Assembly (NCBI RefSeq): GCF_032191835.1
Contig: NC_083230.1
Coordinates: 80,910,001 to 80,974,000, forward strand
Reading direction: 5' to 3'
From: Heteronotia binoei
Lineage: Eukaryota
Length of the DNA stretch: 64,000 nt
Under the pieces are notes generated by a model that had not been told where the DNA came from, made no database searches, and worked only from the letters and a program-made list of their open reading frames with translations. Below, in pieces: positions 1 to 11,051 of this stretch. Position 1 is the first letter of the stretch, and the number at the start of each line of letters is the position of its first letter. The translations under genes and the position numbers were made by a program.

Positions 1-1290
1 ATTATAACAAATCAATCCAATAATATGGTTTAGCATGTACACAGGTGTACAGTAGCCCCAAGACCCATCCTGTGCCCATGTGGCTGGGCCATAGTATTCA
101 ATAATCTGTTGTGGGGGACATTCATTTCCCCATTGCGTACCTCCGATGTCCAAGGAACGCTTTGATCTAACGTAATCATTGAATACTGGGGTTCCCAAGG
201 CAGAACCAACATTTAAAGGCAAAAGAAAGAAGCTGGGACATATTGTTCCAATAATGCAAGTCCCATGCCATCTCCTGGGCAGGAGTGTATAAGCTATTTT
301 ACCACAGATCCAATATAACCCTTCAGGAGCCAACCATTGATCAGAGGAATCTGAAGCAGCATTAGAATATTTATTTACGCTGCTAACATTTTCCCATGGC
401 TGAAAATTCTCTATAACAGTGCCATTTGCATCTACCCATTTCGGCTTCTCCTTAGTGGAGCCGACTAACACAGTGGCATAAAGAGTGCCCAGCATGCTTT
501 CCATTCACCCACAACACAACCCAGGAAATGCACAATTCTCCATTCACCACTGTCTGCAATTCTCAGATCTTCCTTTCTTCTGACTTTGACTCCGATCTAG
601 GTTTATTCCATCGGACCAAGTCTGAAGGCAAAACCTCCATGCCAACCCAAGGCCACCTTTCACTCATCAGCGGACCTCCACACACCTAACAGTTTGAAAT
701 ATCTAGGGAGGTGGCTATCAGTTCAGCCAGGGCTATAAAAAGATTACTCCCAGGTTCTGGAATAACAAATTTTTCATCCTGAGCATCATTAAACATAGCC
801 TTATACAGAATTTTCTTAGTCTCCTGGACAGGTGGCTTAAGCTTTGACTTTTTCACCTTGTGAGACTTTAAATTAACTGGCCAGCATACCCTCTGTAAAG
901 TCGGGCAGCGGAAACTCCCTCTATAGGGTGTTATTCTTCCTGAACTGGGATACTCAATTTTTGCCTGATAATAAGACTCCACGTTCTACACAAACTATTT
1001 TTGTATTACGTTCTATACAAACTCCATACACTTCCCTAGATTGGACACGCTGCATGCGTTGTGAACTTCCTCCTTCCCAACATTTAGTACATCTCACAGT
1101 TTGATTACAGCATATTGGCACACAGGCAACAATACAGCAGAAAAGCGTAAAAGCACTTGAAGCATGCATGCATGATTTTTAGTCTTACAGCAGAAGCTTA
1201 TAGCGAAATAGCACTTTTGCAATAATACGTTCAATACAGAAGAATAGTAGTGGAAAAATTCAATAAGTTCAGAAAACTAATACAAAGGAA
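1..1290 (-). pseudogene. env: ERV env (SU and start of TM), ERV3/HERV-E type
   Basis: NLFIALAELIATSLDISNC*VCGG (the CxxC motif is hit by TAG at 686-688); EGLYWICG; furin site RSKR at 157-168; YYGPATWAQDGSWGY. The 5' boundary is approximate. Confidence 0.88.
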
Positions 1291-1468
1291 TATCTAACTC
1301 TGTATGGCTCCAGAAGGCTTCCTCAAAGCTTCGGCCGTGGGTAGACAAGCCAGCCTCTGGGTGTGGCTGGAGCAGGGCTGCTGACGAAGTTCGGGTATGC
1401 TGGACCTGCTTTCAAGCAAGTCCCACCAGCTACAAGCTGCTGACTTTTAACAGTCTTTACTGGATGGC

Positions 1469-2699
1469 TTAAGGTCGGATAGGGTCTTTAGTAAATTTCA
1501 GAGTCAATGGCTTTCCTGGGACTGGCTGTGCTTTCCAGTGATCTGCTGCTTGCTTTAAATGAGACCAATGGATCCACGTTGCTACTCCTTGGACCTTGAC
1601 GGCTGTAGGAGAACTTAAAAGGACAGTAAAGGGGCCCTTCCACTTAGGCTGTTAGGCTGCCCTCCAGCTTTTAACACACACACTGTCTCCTGGCTGGTAA
1701 GCATGTACAGGAAAATAAATTTGATATGGCAGAGTCTCAAACACATACCTATTCACATCTTTTACAGCTTTGCCCAAGGCTTGCAATTCCTCACAAGTTA
1801 TGAGGCTCCCCAACTGTGAGAGGTTGCCTCAAACTCCTTGGACTATGGGGTCTTCCCATAACTGCTAGGCAATCATGTTCCAATTCAACACCAGGAGTTG
1901 GCAACAGGGAGACTGGGTTCAGAGTTGACACAGTCACTATTTTCACTCTGGGATTTTCACACATAAGTGCTTGATATCTGACCATGCAGGCATTAGTGAA
2001 CCAATAGTTCCCTTTGTGCTCAAGAAGTTTTGCATGTAGTGGAGTACTTTTACTTCAAGTTGACTCCCGAAGGTAAACTTCCTTACCTTCTGCTTCCTTT
2101 ACAAGTTTTGCTACAGCTGCTATTGGACACATACAGTGTGCTACAGTGTCCAGCTGCTTAGACAAATATGGCCGGGGCCAAGATCCCAGCAATTGAGTCA
2201 AAATGCCTGCAGCTACTCCTCCTTGCTCATGTACATACAGAGTAAAGAGCTTTTCGGTATTTGGTAATCCCAGGGCTGGAGCCTGCATGAGCTGGCGCTT
2301 CAAGGCTTCAAGGTTTCAAAAGCATCCTGACATTGCTCTGTCCATTCAAAGGATGCTTTTTCTCCCCCCTTTGTGGCTTCGTACAGGGGCTTCGCTGTTA
2401 TAGCAAAATTGGGGTCCCCAATTCTGCAGAACCTGGCAGCCCCTAAGAATTCTCTCAGCTGGCGCCCAGTAGTGGGCACAGGAATAGCACACAAAGTCTC
2501 TTTTCGCTCCCTGCCTACCTGCTATCTGCCCTGGGACACATGGAAAGATACAAATTTCACTGTCTCTTGGCACAGCTGAGCTTTTTTTCTGAGACACTTT
2601 ATACCCAGCCTCAGTTAGGAGCGTTAGCAAAGTAGCGGTGATTTCTTGGCAGGTCTGTAAGTCTTTGGCCCCTATCAACAGATTATCACAGTTCTTTGG
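1469..2699 (-). pseudogene. pol: ERV pol remnant: RT from the YxDD region through the connection domain, joined to the integrase C-terminus
   Basis: DNLLIGAKD..LLTEAGYKVSQKK; PTTGRQLREFLG; APALGLP..FTLYVHE; RYQALMCENP; then HAYQPGDSVCVK..PKWKGPFTVLLSSPTAVKVQGVATWIHWSHLK, with the stop at 1469-1471. Confidence 0.9.
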
Positions 2700-4377
2700 T
2701 TTTCGCCATGCAGTCCTTGCCCCCAAACAGCCCCTCTGCCTCTCATAGATGGCTGCCCACCAAAGCCGCTGCTTTTTCATCTTTCTTTCTGCCTCCCACT
2801 TCTGGTCTACATCCCGATTGGCATAAACTTTCTGGGCAATCTCTAGCAGTTGGAATAAATTCATGCTGGCAAAGATGTCTTGCTTCTGGAGCTTTTTGTG
2901 GATGTCAGCATAGGCTTGAGTGATAAAAGCTGTATTCACCATGCACAAGTTTTCTGCAGCCTCAGGACTGAATGGAGTATACATTCAAAATGCTTGCATC
3001 AAGCGCTCAGCAAAAGCTCCGGGGCTCTCATCTGCTTTCTGGAGAACTTCACTGACTTTGGACATAATAGGCTTCTTGCCTGCCTCTTTCATTCTCTCTA
3101 AGATTGCCTGCCTGTATTCTGGTAGATGCTCTTTGGACTCGCAGCCATTGGGGTCCCAATTTGGGTCTGTTGCAGGAAAACGGGGCTTTATCCACTCTTT
3201 TCTCTGCAGTTTCTGGGGGGACTTTTCCTTCTACATGTTTTTGGGCATAATGCAGGATGAGGCTTCTCTCCTCTGTTGTAAAGAGGACCAGTAAAAGCTG
3301 TTGACAGCCTGCATACGTAGGCTGATGTGTAGCCATAATACTGGTTAGTAGATTTGTCATTGGGGCAGGATTGTCAGAAAATGCAGCAGTATGGGTTTTC
3401 CAATTTACTAGATCACTTGAAGTGAAGGGCACATACATATATCAGGTCTCAATGCTGAGGCCAGGTTGTTGAGGGATGTGAACTTCCCGAAGGGGAGCTA
3501 GCAGTGAGCCCTCTGTGCCAGATATAAAACCCGGAAAAGTTGAGGAGGAGACCGTGGAGGAGCTGGAAGTTTGCTCAGTGCTGGGAGAGAGTTTAGTATT
3601 GGAGGAAGGCTCTAGGGGTGAATTAAAATGTGCAGCTAACCTCTGGCTATTAGACACTGGCATGGAGTAACGGGAGGCTGTTGCATGAAATGATCATTTA
3701 GAAAACAGTTGCTGGATTGGATTTAAAGTTCGCAGGGATCTTGTTTGCCCTTTCACAGCCCCAGCTCCCTCATTCGCCTCTGCTTTCTGGTTCTCCTCAT
3801 CAAAGGATTCTGGAGCGCCTTTAACTAGCTGCGCTTGGCTCTCACCATCAGCCTTGCCTTCCGCTGCCCCGGCACCTCCTCCAGCTGGCGGCATAGGAAG
3901 AGGTGGGTATGCTGGGACATATGGCGGGGGACTGGCGAAGGGGTCTTCAGGTCCAGCATTTAACACTGGGGGCTTTTCCTTCTTTGCAGGATAAATTGTT
4001 TTTATTAACACATCCTGGCACAAAGCCATAACTTGACTTGCAGCTTTATCAGCGGCCCTCTAAGCCCACCTCTTTTTCATCCTCTGCAACTTTTCTGGCC
4101 GCCAGTAAGACTTCTGCACCATTGCTGCTCAACTGTCAATGTAGGGAAACCGACTTTCGTGACTCAGGGACTGTACTTCACTTTTATAAACTTGATGAAC
4201 CAATCCTTGGTCAAAGCTACCCTCGGGCAGCCATTCTACATATAAGATCACCCAGTCTTCCTGACATAATGCTTTCAAAGTTTAGGGAGTCAGTTTGACT
4301 CTGTAATCATCACAGATATATTCCTTGAAGTTTTTACACATGCATTCTAATGGAGTTTTTAACTGATTTCCACCCAT
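2700..4377 (-). pseudogene. gag: ERV gag (MA, PPPY late domain, CA, start of NC)
   Basis: ATG at 4377 gives MGGNQLKTPLECMCKNFKEYICDDY..., like HERV-E matrix; PPPY at 3919-3930; capsid motifs YVPFTSSDLVNWK, QPTY.GCQQLLLVLFTTEER and YTPFSPEAAEN. Confidence 0.9.
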
Positions 4378-5003
4378 GGCACCAGACGTTTAGACAAGAC
4401 ACTTCTAGGGAGAACAGAAAACAGCAGCCACCATTAAGGGGTCTGGGCAGCCAGGGAGCCCTGGGGGTTTTCACTTCCTCTCTCTCATGACCCAGTGAGG
4501 TTGCCCTACTGCGAAATGCACAATAGAGAGTCCACTTTCACTTAGAGGCTGCGCCTCCTCTCATTCACACACACATCACAGAAATCCTCCCAGATCCTAG
4601 CCTCTGTGCTTCAGCACCAGAGTGGAGCCTACTGGACAGGGCTTAAGGGACAATCAGACCCTTCTCTCCTAAGGAGAGGTAATTTCAGATTCCCAGACAG
4701 TTCATACTCGCAATCCTGAAGATCTTCTGATTCCCTGCACATGTTGGTTGAACCAGGCGCAGGATCTTGGTTGGCGGACCGGACACCTTCCCCCACCAGG
4801 GCAGAGAGAGCTGGACTCAATCAAAAATGCCATATTGGCAAATAATGGTTTTCAAAATTTAAATCAAACAATGAATAAGGCAATTTCAACATACATTAGA
4901 CACTAAGCAAGGGTGGGACTTGTTATTGCTTAATACTGGGAAGGAAACAAGTTGAACTACTTGGTGTTGTAGCAAGTGGATTTTATGATGCAGAATTCTG
5001 ATT

Positions 5004-5214
5004 TTAATCAAGGCATTTCAAAACTGTATATAGATCAGAGATATTATAAAAGCTTAACAGGTTGTTGTTCACCAGAAGGGAGAAAATGGTTGAGTCTTCA
5101 CTAATATCCAGGTTAAATGTCAACCACATTTCACTCATCAATACATTTTCCATTTGTTCAAAAAATATATCTTTGCAACAATAGTCTTTCTTGAGGAGCA
5201 ATTTAGGAATGTGC
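5004..5214 (-). CDS. Candidate terminal coding exon of an unidentified gene
   Basis: Strong acceptor (ttttttttggtgttttctgtttctcag|g) followed by about 70 open codons in AT-rich DNA (HIPKLLLKKDYCC...LKCLD*); no homolog recognised. Confidence 0.3.
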
Positions 5215-5684
5215 CTGAGAAACAGAAAACACCAAAAAAAAATTGGTTATATCATAACATTACTACATTGAGAACAAAATTAATGGATCTTCATCATCTT
5301 GGAATATTTACAGCATGAGACCAATTTCCTGTAAAACAGCCTCCTGAGTCCCAGATACCCACAGATCAATTCTCCATTATATCCTATGGGGAACTGGTCT
5401 CTATTATGTATAATGGAATGTTCAGCAGGCATTCAACCCCCACTTTCTGATAATCCTAGAGTGGGGGGAGAGCCTCCAAACCAGGGAATCACCTGCCCCC
5501 AACTGGGGATTGGCAACCCTAAAAGACATCATATTTGGAACAATAATTAAGCATATACAACAACCACCAACATGTAACAATCCAGGCCTGTTGTATTTGA
5601 GCAGACCAGGGTCTCAGTCTTTCTGACTTGTGTCTATCCAGTCCTTTGAAGATGCACCAACTTGCAGCTGTGCCCTGCATTGAG

Positions 5685-5994
5685 TAGGGTTGCCAGTCCC
5701 CAGATCCAAGCAGGGGATCCCTTGGTTTCTGGGACTTCTCCCCACCATGGACTAGCTGGTCAGTGGGGAAAACCCTGCACCTAAACGGATGTCCCCAACA
5801 CAATTACGTCACCAAGAAGTACTCTGGTGTTTGGGCAAAACTTTATGGTTTGAGGGCAAATTTACCATACAGAATTTTGGCCCAAAACCAGAGCATCACC
5901 CCCATCATCACGGATGTGATGTGATGCCCTTGCCCGTTCCCAAAATGCCCCGCAAATCCCTCCACTGGAGCAACAAGTGGACCTGGCAACTTTA
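5685..5994. mobile_element. hAT-type MITE (TAGGGTTGCC terminal inverted repeats)
   Basis: TIRs tagggttgcc / ggcaacttta; 8-bp TSD gcattgag / gcattggg. Confidence 0.75.
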
Positions 5995-7501
5995 GCATTG
6001 GGATGTCCTCTGTTCTTTATTGGAGTTTCTAGTATCCCTAAAATATTAATATAGAATATTCACAGAAAGGAGTGCTTCTGAAGTGAGAGCTCTTCTGCCT
6101 GCAGCTTCAGGTCCTCCAATCCCTCACAGAAAAATTATACATATAACATTCATTCCAAATAGTCCCAATAGCAATCAAAATACAGCCTAACAGCCAATTA
6201 ATAAATTTTTATACCTAAAATATCAATATATAGTTTTTACACTCCTGGTTTTTTAAAAATATTAAATTAAATTAAAAATATACCAGCCATTTTGTAGGCT
6301 CCTGGTATATTAAAAAATGAATAAATGCCAACACAGAGTTACAAAAATTCAAATTTACAGTGTGGTTGCATGACCTAGTAATGAGATACAAGTTTAAAGT
6401 GATGAACATTTTTCAATCTTGTCAGCTTATCTCTGTGACTGTATGTGTATAACGTTTGGAGATAATGTCAAACATCTGAGGTCCTTCATGAATGTGAAGC
6501 CTGGAACAAATGACCCCCTCTGCCCCCCTCCAATAGGCCCTGATTTGACCCAAATAAATGCGTGGAGGAAGAGAGGGAGGCAGCTTTCAGGTTGAAGAGA
6601 GACCCCCACATGAAGCAAGGCAGAGCTGGAAACTAAACTGGCTACCTCTGGCAGTCACATAGCCACAGACAGATATGACAGAGAGATCCAGGAATGGAGA
6701 CCATGGGGGCATTGAATCGATGTAGCAGTCGAAATCATGGTTCCCTGGAGCCTTCTCAGACAGCAAGTAAAGGGGCTCAGAAGAAGTAGGGGTCTGGGCT
6801 ATTTTCCCACTATAATTTGAACACTGCCCCAAAATGAAGTGTGAGAAGGCCAGTATTAGAATGGCAGCATCTTAAGCTTAAATTTAATTTTGGGAAAAAC
6901 ATACCAGTTAATGGATCAAGCTGCCAAGATAAATCAGAAGACCTATATCAAACAGACCAAATAAGTATGTATCAACAATAACATATGTGAAGGGATTTCT
7001 GCTTTGTAGGTGCAGGTAGGGTAAGAGGGCTACAGGATTCCTTCCAACTTATGTTCTGATACTCTTGAGAGAGATTAATGTTTTATAAACTATTAGAGCA
7101 GAACTGGGCTGATGCAAAAAAAGAAAATAAAATGTGTCACACAATATTAAGTCTGGACATGTTTTGAGAGTGTGCTCAGATGAGTAAGAAACAAGACTAA
7201 ACAGCCCTAACCCATGTTACACCCTTCACAGAGTTTTTGTGCATGGGCAGTTTTTGTTGGTTGGTTCATTTGTATTGCTTCAGGTTTGTTTGTTTTTTAA
7301 TCTCTGCACATTTTGGTGTCTATACGATTCACTTTGTTTTTTCTGTTTTGTTGTTATAGCACAATACTGCATGTTGGTATAGCACAATACTGAGCCTGCT
7401 TGCGGGGAGAGTAGAATAGAAATTCAACAAACAAACAAACAAACTTTTTTTTTTCAATGAAAGGGGGTTGGTGCTGTGACATGACTGATGTTGACAACAC
7501 C

Positions 7502-7621
7502 TAGGGCTTTTTTTGGTCGAAAAAGCCCAGCAGGAGCTAATTTGCATATTAGATCACACCCCCTGACACCAAGTCAGCTGGAACTGTGTTCCTGTGTGTC
7601 CCTGCTCAAAAAAAAGCCCTG
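7502..7621. mobile_element. hAT-type MITE (CAGGGCTTTTTT TIR family, carries an octamer motif)
   Basis: TIRs tagggcttttttt / aaaaaaaagccctg; homologous copies at about 15.2, 15.5, 16.7 and 50.5 kb. Confidence 0.7.
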
Positions 7622-7789
7622 ACAGTGCCCTTGCTCTACAGTCCTAATTATTTCGGCATATTTAGAAGACAGACATTGACTTCACAACTGAAATAATGCA
7701 GAGAGGGCAGATATGTAGAACCACTATATCCAATCTGATACTTGGAGATTGACTGATGAAAAAAATTAGAATAAATTGAGTATGCAGAA

Positions 7790-8492
7790 AAGCCTACACA
7801 CCACTGGATAATGCACTTTCAATTAACTTTGCAACTGGATTTTACTGTGTGAATTGTCAAAAGAATCTGTCTGCAAACTATCACTAAAGTGCATTGAAAA
7901 CAGGGCTGCCAAGCCCCTGGCCCCGGCAGGGATTTCCCCACCTAGGAGGTTCCCAACCCACTGTCCCACTTTGGGCTGGCAGGGAGAATCTCCCCCGACG
8001 TTGCGATTATGTCACCCGGAAGTGATGCCATTGTGCTGTTGTTGCCGTCTATGATACAATAGGTGCCATAGAGGTTTTCCCTCCCAAATGGCTAGAGCAT
8101 CCAAGAAAACCATAGTGTTTTCCCAGAAACGCCTAGAGTGGCCAATAAGCGATGGCGACAGCACAATGACATCACTTCTGGGTGACATAATCACAATGTC
8201 GGGGGAGATTCCCCCTGCCGGCCCAAAGTGGGCCAGCAGGTTGGGAACCTCCCAGGCAGGGGAATCCCTGCCTGGACTGGGGGCTTGGCAGCCCTATTTT
8301 CAATGCACTTTAGTGATAGTTTGACCGGCTACACGCGATGTTGCTGGCGCAATGATGTCACTTCCAGGCGACATCTGGAGAGGTTCCCCCCACCGGCCCA
8401 ATGAAAGTCCCCTGCTGGAGAACGCAGGGGACTTGGCAACTCTAGTTGAAAGTGGATTGAAAGTGCATTATTCAGCATGTGTGAAAGCACCC
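7790..8492. mobile_element. Composite foldback DNA element (Harbinger-like MITE ends around hAT-like palindromic arms)
   Basis: Ends ggataatgcactttcaat / ttgaaagtgcattatt...gcaccc; internal imperfect palindrome at 7874-8323. Confidence 0.55.
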
Positions 8493-8859
8493 TTAGTCTA
8501 TTGAAGTGGGCTTAGATTTATGTTACTATGTTTAGGATTGCACTGTTATTCTCTTATTACCTGGATTCTAGAATTTGTGGTTTATTTGCCACATTTTAGA
8601 TTCAAGAGGGTAGGAGAAATATGCAATCACTTTCATAATCATAGTAGTAATAGTACCATCACCCTACCATCCCTTGTATACCAGTTTGATTTACCTAAAT
8701 TAAATACTTCCAGATATTTTAAGATTTTTTGCTAGCTTCCACTGGACAATTACGTTTTTACTTTTTGTTGTGTCTTTAGTTTTCACTCAACTGTGGCATC
8801 ATGAATTTGTCTACATAGAATGTCAGTGTACATGTTGATCATGAGTGTTTACACTATCT

Positions 8860-8989
8860 GTTCTCCGGTGGTCCGTGGTAGTGGGATGGTCCTGAACTGT
8901 TGGGAGTAGGCTCCTCCTCCGGAACAGGGTCATTGATCGCTTGATCCGGCCCGGGGGAGGGGCCGCTCCCTTAGGACCCCTTCAGTCCA
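8860..8989 (+). repeat. DIRS left inverted terminal repeat
   Basis: 8880-8989 is the reverse complement of 14351-14460 (110 bp, one mismatch at 8887). Confidence 0.97.
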
Positions 8990-9354
8990 AACGGCCCTGT
9001 TGAAAGAACAGGACGTGTTCGCTGTGCCTGCGAGGCACGTTGATCAGAAAGGAAGAAAATTTCTTTGAAGGCCCCTGCCTTTTGAATTCAGCAGCAATCG
9101 AGAGGCGGGCAGGGAAGTTTCGCCGTCAGCGTTAGGCTTTGCCTAACAAAGAACGGCTTGTGAGTCGGCTGCCGCGGAGAGAGGGAAACGAAGGTCGCCC
9201 CGTTCTATGCCTGCTCTGGGCGTCTGCGTGAGCGGCAGAGCCGACAGTCTGGTCCCACGCAGCGCCGGTGGCGTATTGCAGACGACCAGAGCCCGGTTTT
9301 TACCTGGCTGAAGACTTTGGCGAGTGCTACAGACAGCGGTTTACTCGTGTGGAG

Positions 9355-9666
9355 GTAAGCTGTCTGGGAGAGAGAGCGGGAAGCTCTTCGGGTTGCGCTC
9401 TGCCTCTATTCTTGGGACGGGCTCTGCTGTAAGGAGTACAGCCCACCCAGGAGCTTTGCAGCCGGGTTTTTTCCCGCCTTCCTGCAGGGAGTGGATAGAA
9501 CGTTAATTAACTCAGCCTCTCCTTTCCAGACACGCGGTGCGTGGCCAGGAAGGGAGGGGGGAGGTCGGGGTTGGCTTGTTGTCGCCCTGTAGGGGTCGCC
9601 ATGGCAGGCTGTTAACCTGGGAATGGCAGTTTCCTTTCCCCTTTTTTGTGTTCACTTTCGTTTCAG
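9355..9666 (+). other. Predicted intron in the DIRS 5' leader
   Basis: Donor GAG|GTAAGC, branch-like GTTAAC near 9611, long pyrimidine tract ending TTTCAG| 17 nt before the ORF1 ATG. Confidence 0.55.
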
Positions 9667-9683
9667 CCTCCTGTGGAGTGGAG

Positions 9684-11051
9684 ATGGCTGACGAACAGGG
9701 ACAGGGGACAGGCTCAAACAGCGACTTCTCCATGCCTAAGTACTCTGGCTCAGCTTCTGAAAAGGATCGTGAGGATTCTGAACCGGACTTATCTGGAGAG
9801 AATGCCAAGCTGAACTTACTTGCTTGGTTAAAAAGGGAACTTACCAAGGAATTTGCCCCGGCCCAAGGCACGGCTGTGCATACTCACTCTCAGAAGAGGA
9901 AGAGGCAAGCAGGTTTGGATTTTGCCACGGCCCCTACAGACCCTAAGAAGGCAAGATTGAGTAAGGGCTTGGAGTCTCCTAGTGATAGCTCGCAGGAGGA
10001 AGAGGAGGTTGCTTCCTCGGTGGACTCTTCTGCTAGAGAGGAGGGAGAACTCTCTGAGGAGGAGGATGATACTCCCTCTGTACAGTCTAGGGTGTTCCCA
10101 GTGGAGTATTATTCTAAGCTCCTTCCTAAGGTCCTGAGAGAACTGGACTTTACAACCACACCCAAAGAGAAGGCAGAGTTAGACCCGGACTTACCTTCAG
10201 GGTCGGGGAAAATGATGCCCAAGGTGGGGGTTTCCCAGACCGGGGTACCCTTGCCCGCTCCCTTTTTTAGCCTGATTAAAGCAGAATGGGAGCATCCGGC
10301 AAAGCCAAAATCTAATCCACATTTGTTTCCCAAACTGTATGGTTTGAGCCCAGAGGCTACTAAGCGTCTGAAATTGCCCCTAGTGGACGATCCTGTAAAT
10401 AGTTTGTTATCCACATCAGTGCTGCCTATGGATGCAGATGGACTCCCTAAGGATGCTTGTGACAGGCGGATGGAACAGGCTTTACGAAAAAACTTTGAAG
10501 CTTCGGCTTGGTCCATCCGGGCTTCTTCGGCGGGCTCCCTGTTTGCTCGTGCAGTTTATACCTGGGCTTCTAACTTGGCGTCAGCAGATAGTGATGCACC
10601 GAAAGAGTTCAAAGATGAGCTCAAGAAAATAGCCCTGGGCACAGCATTTATTGCAGATGCGACCTTGGACGCTATGCAGTTGTCTGCTAGGGCAGTGGCC
10701 TGCAGTGTTGCAGCACGCAGGAACGTCTGGCTTCGAACTTGGGATGCCGATGCAGCGGCTCAGGCCAGGTTGGCAGCTGTCCCGTTTAAGGGTGTTAGTC
10801 TCTTCGGGGACGAATTGGAGCGCTTCCTGATTGAGGGGAAGGACAAGAAGAAGGTTTTGCCTTCTAAGAGGAAGGACTTCAAGTCTAAGAAGCCTTTTCA
10901 GCCCTTTCGGGACTCTAAGAAGTTCTCTCGGCCCGCGTCGTTCAAGCCCTTTCGAGGGAAGTGGCAGTCTCGCAGTAGGGATACCAAACCCTTCTCTAGC
11001 CGTGGTGACAAAGGAAATAAGAGTGACTCCAAAAAGGGAGGGTCACAATGA
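9684..11051 (+). CDS. DIRS ORF1, Gag-like (455 aa; LAP2alpha-like C-terminal region)
   Basis: Intact ORF from the ATG in GAGATGG; acidic/Ser-rich N-terminus, then motifs typical of vertebrate DIRS Gag (LPLVDDPV..L, PKDACDRRME..LRK.FE, AARRNVWLRTW.AD). Confidence 0.88.
   Translation: MADEQGQGTGSNSDFSMPKYSGSASEKDREDSEPDLSGENAKLNLLAWLKRELTKEFAPAQGTAVHTHSQKRKRQAGLDFATAPTDPKKARLSKGLESPSDSSQEEEEVASSVDSSAREEGELSEEEDDTPSVQSRVFPVEYYSKLLPKVLRELDFTTTPKEKAELDPDLPSGSGKMMPKVGVSQTGVPLPAPFFSLIKAEWEHPAKPKSNPHLFPKLYGLSPEATKRLKLPLVDDPVNSLLSTSVLPMDADGLPKDACDRRMEQALRKNFEASAWSIRASSAGSLFARAVYTWASNLASADSDAPKEFKDELKKIALGTAFIADATLDAMQLSARAVACSVAARRNVWLRTWDADAAAQARLAAVPFKGVSLFGDELERFLIEGKDKKKVLPSKRKDFKSKKPFQPFRDSKKFSRPASFKPFRGKWQSRSRDTKPFSSRGDKGNKSDSKKGGSQ

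Larger units (their letters stand above)
1..4377 (-). mobile_element. Class I (gamma-like) endogenous retrovirus, HERV-E/ERV3-like, internally deleted; continues past the window start
   Basis: gag, pol remnants and env are collinear on the minus strand, with multiple stops and frameshifts; no LTR or PBS recognised. Confidence 0.93.

Noticed and set aside
4378-4860. ERV primer-binding site and 5' LTR
   Set aside because: The TGG-starting candidates do not match any tRNA 3' end I recognise, and no LTR boundary is visible.
6427-6832. Two adjacent minus-strand ORFs as coding exons
   Set aside because: No convincing splice sites or recognisable protein motifs.
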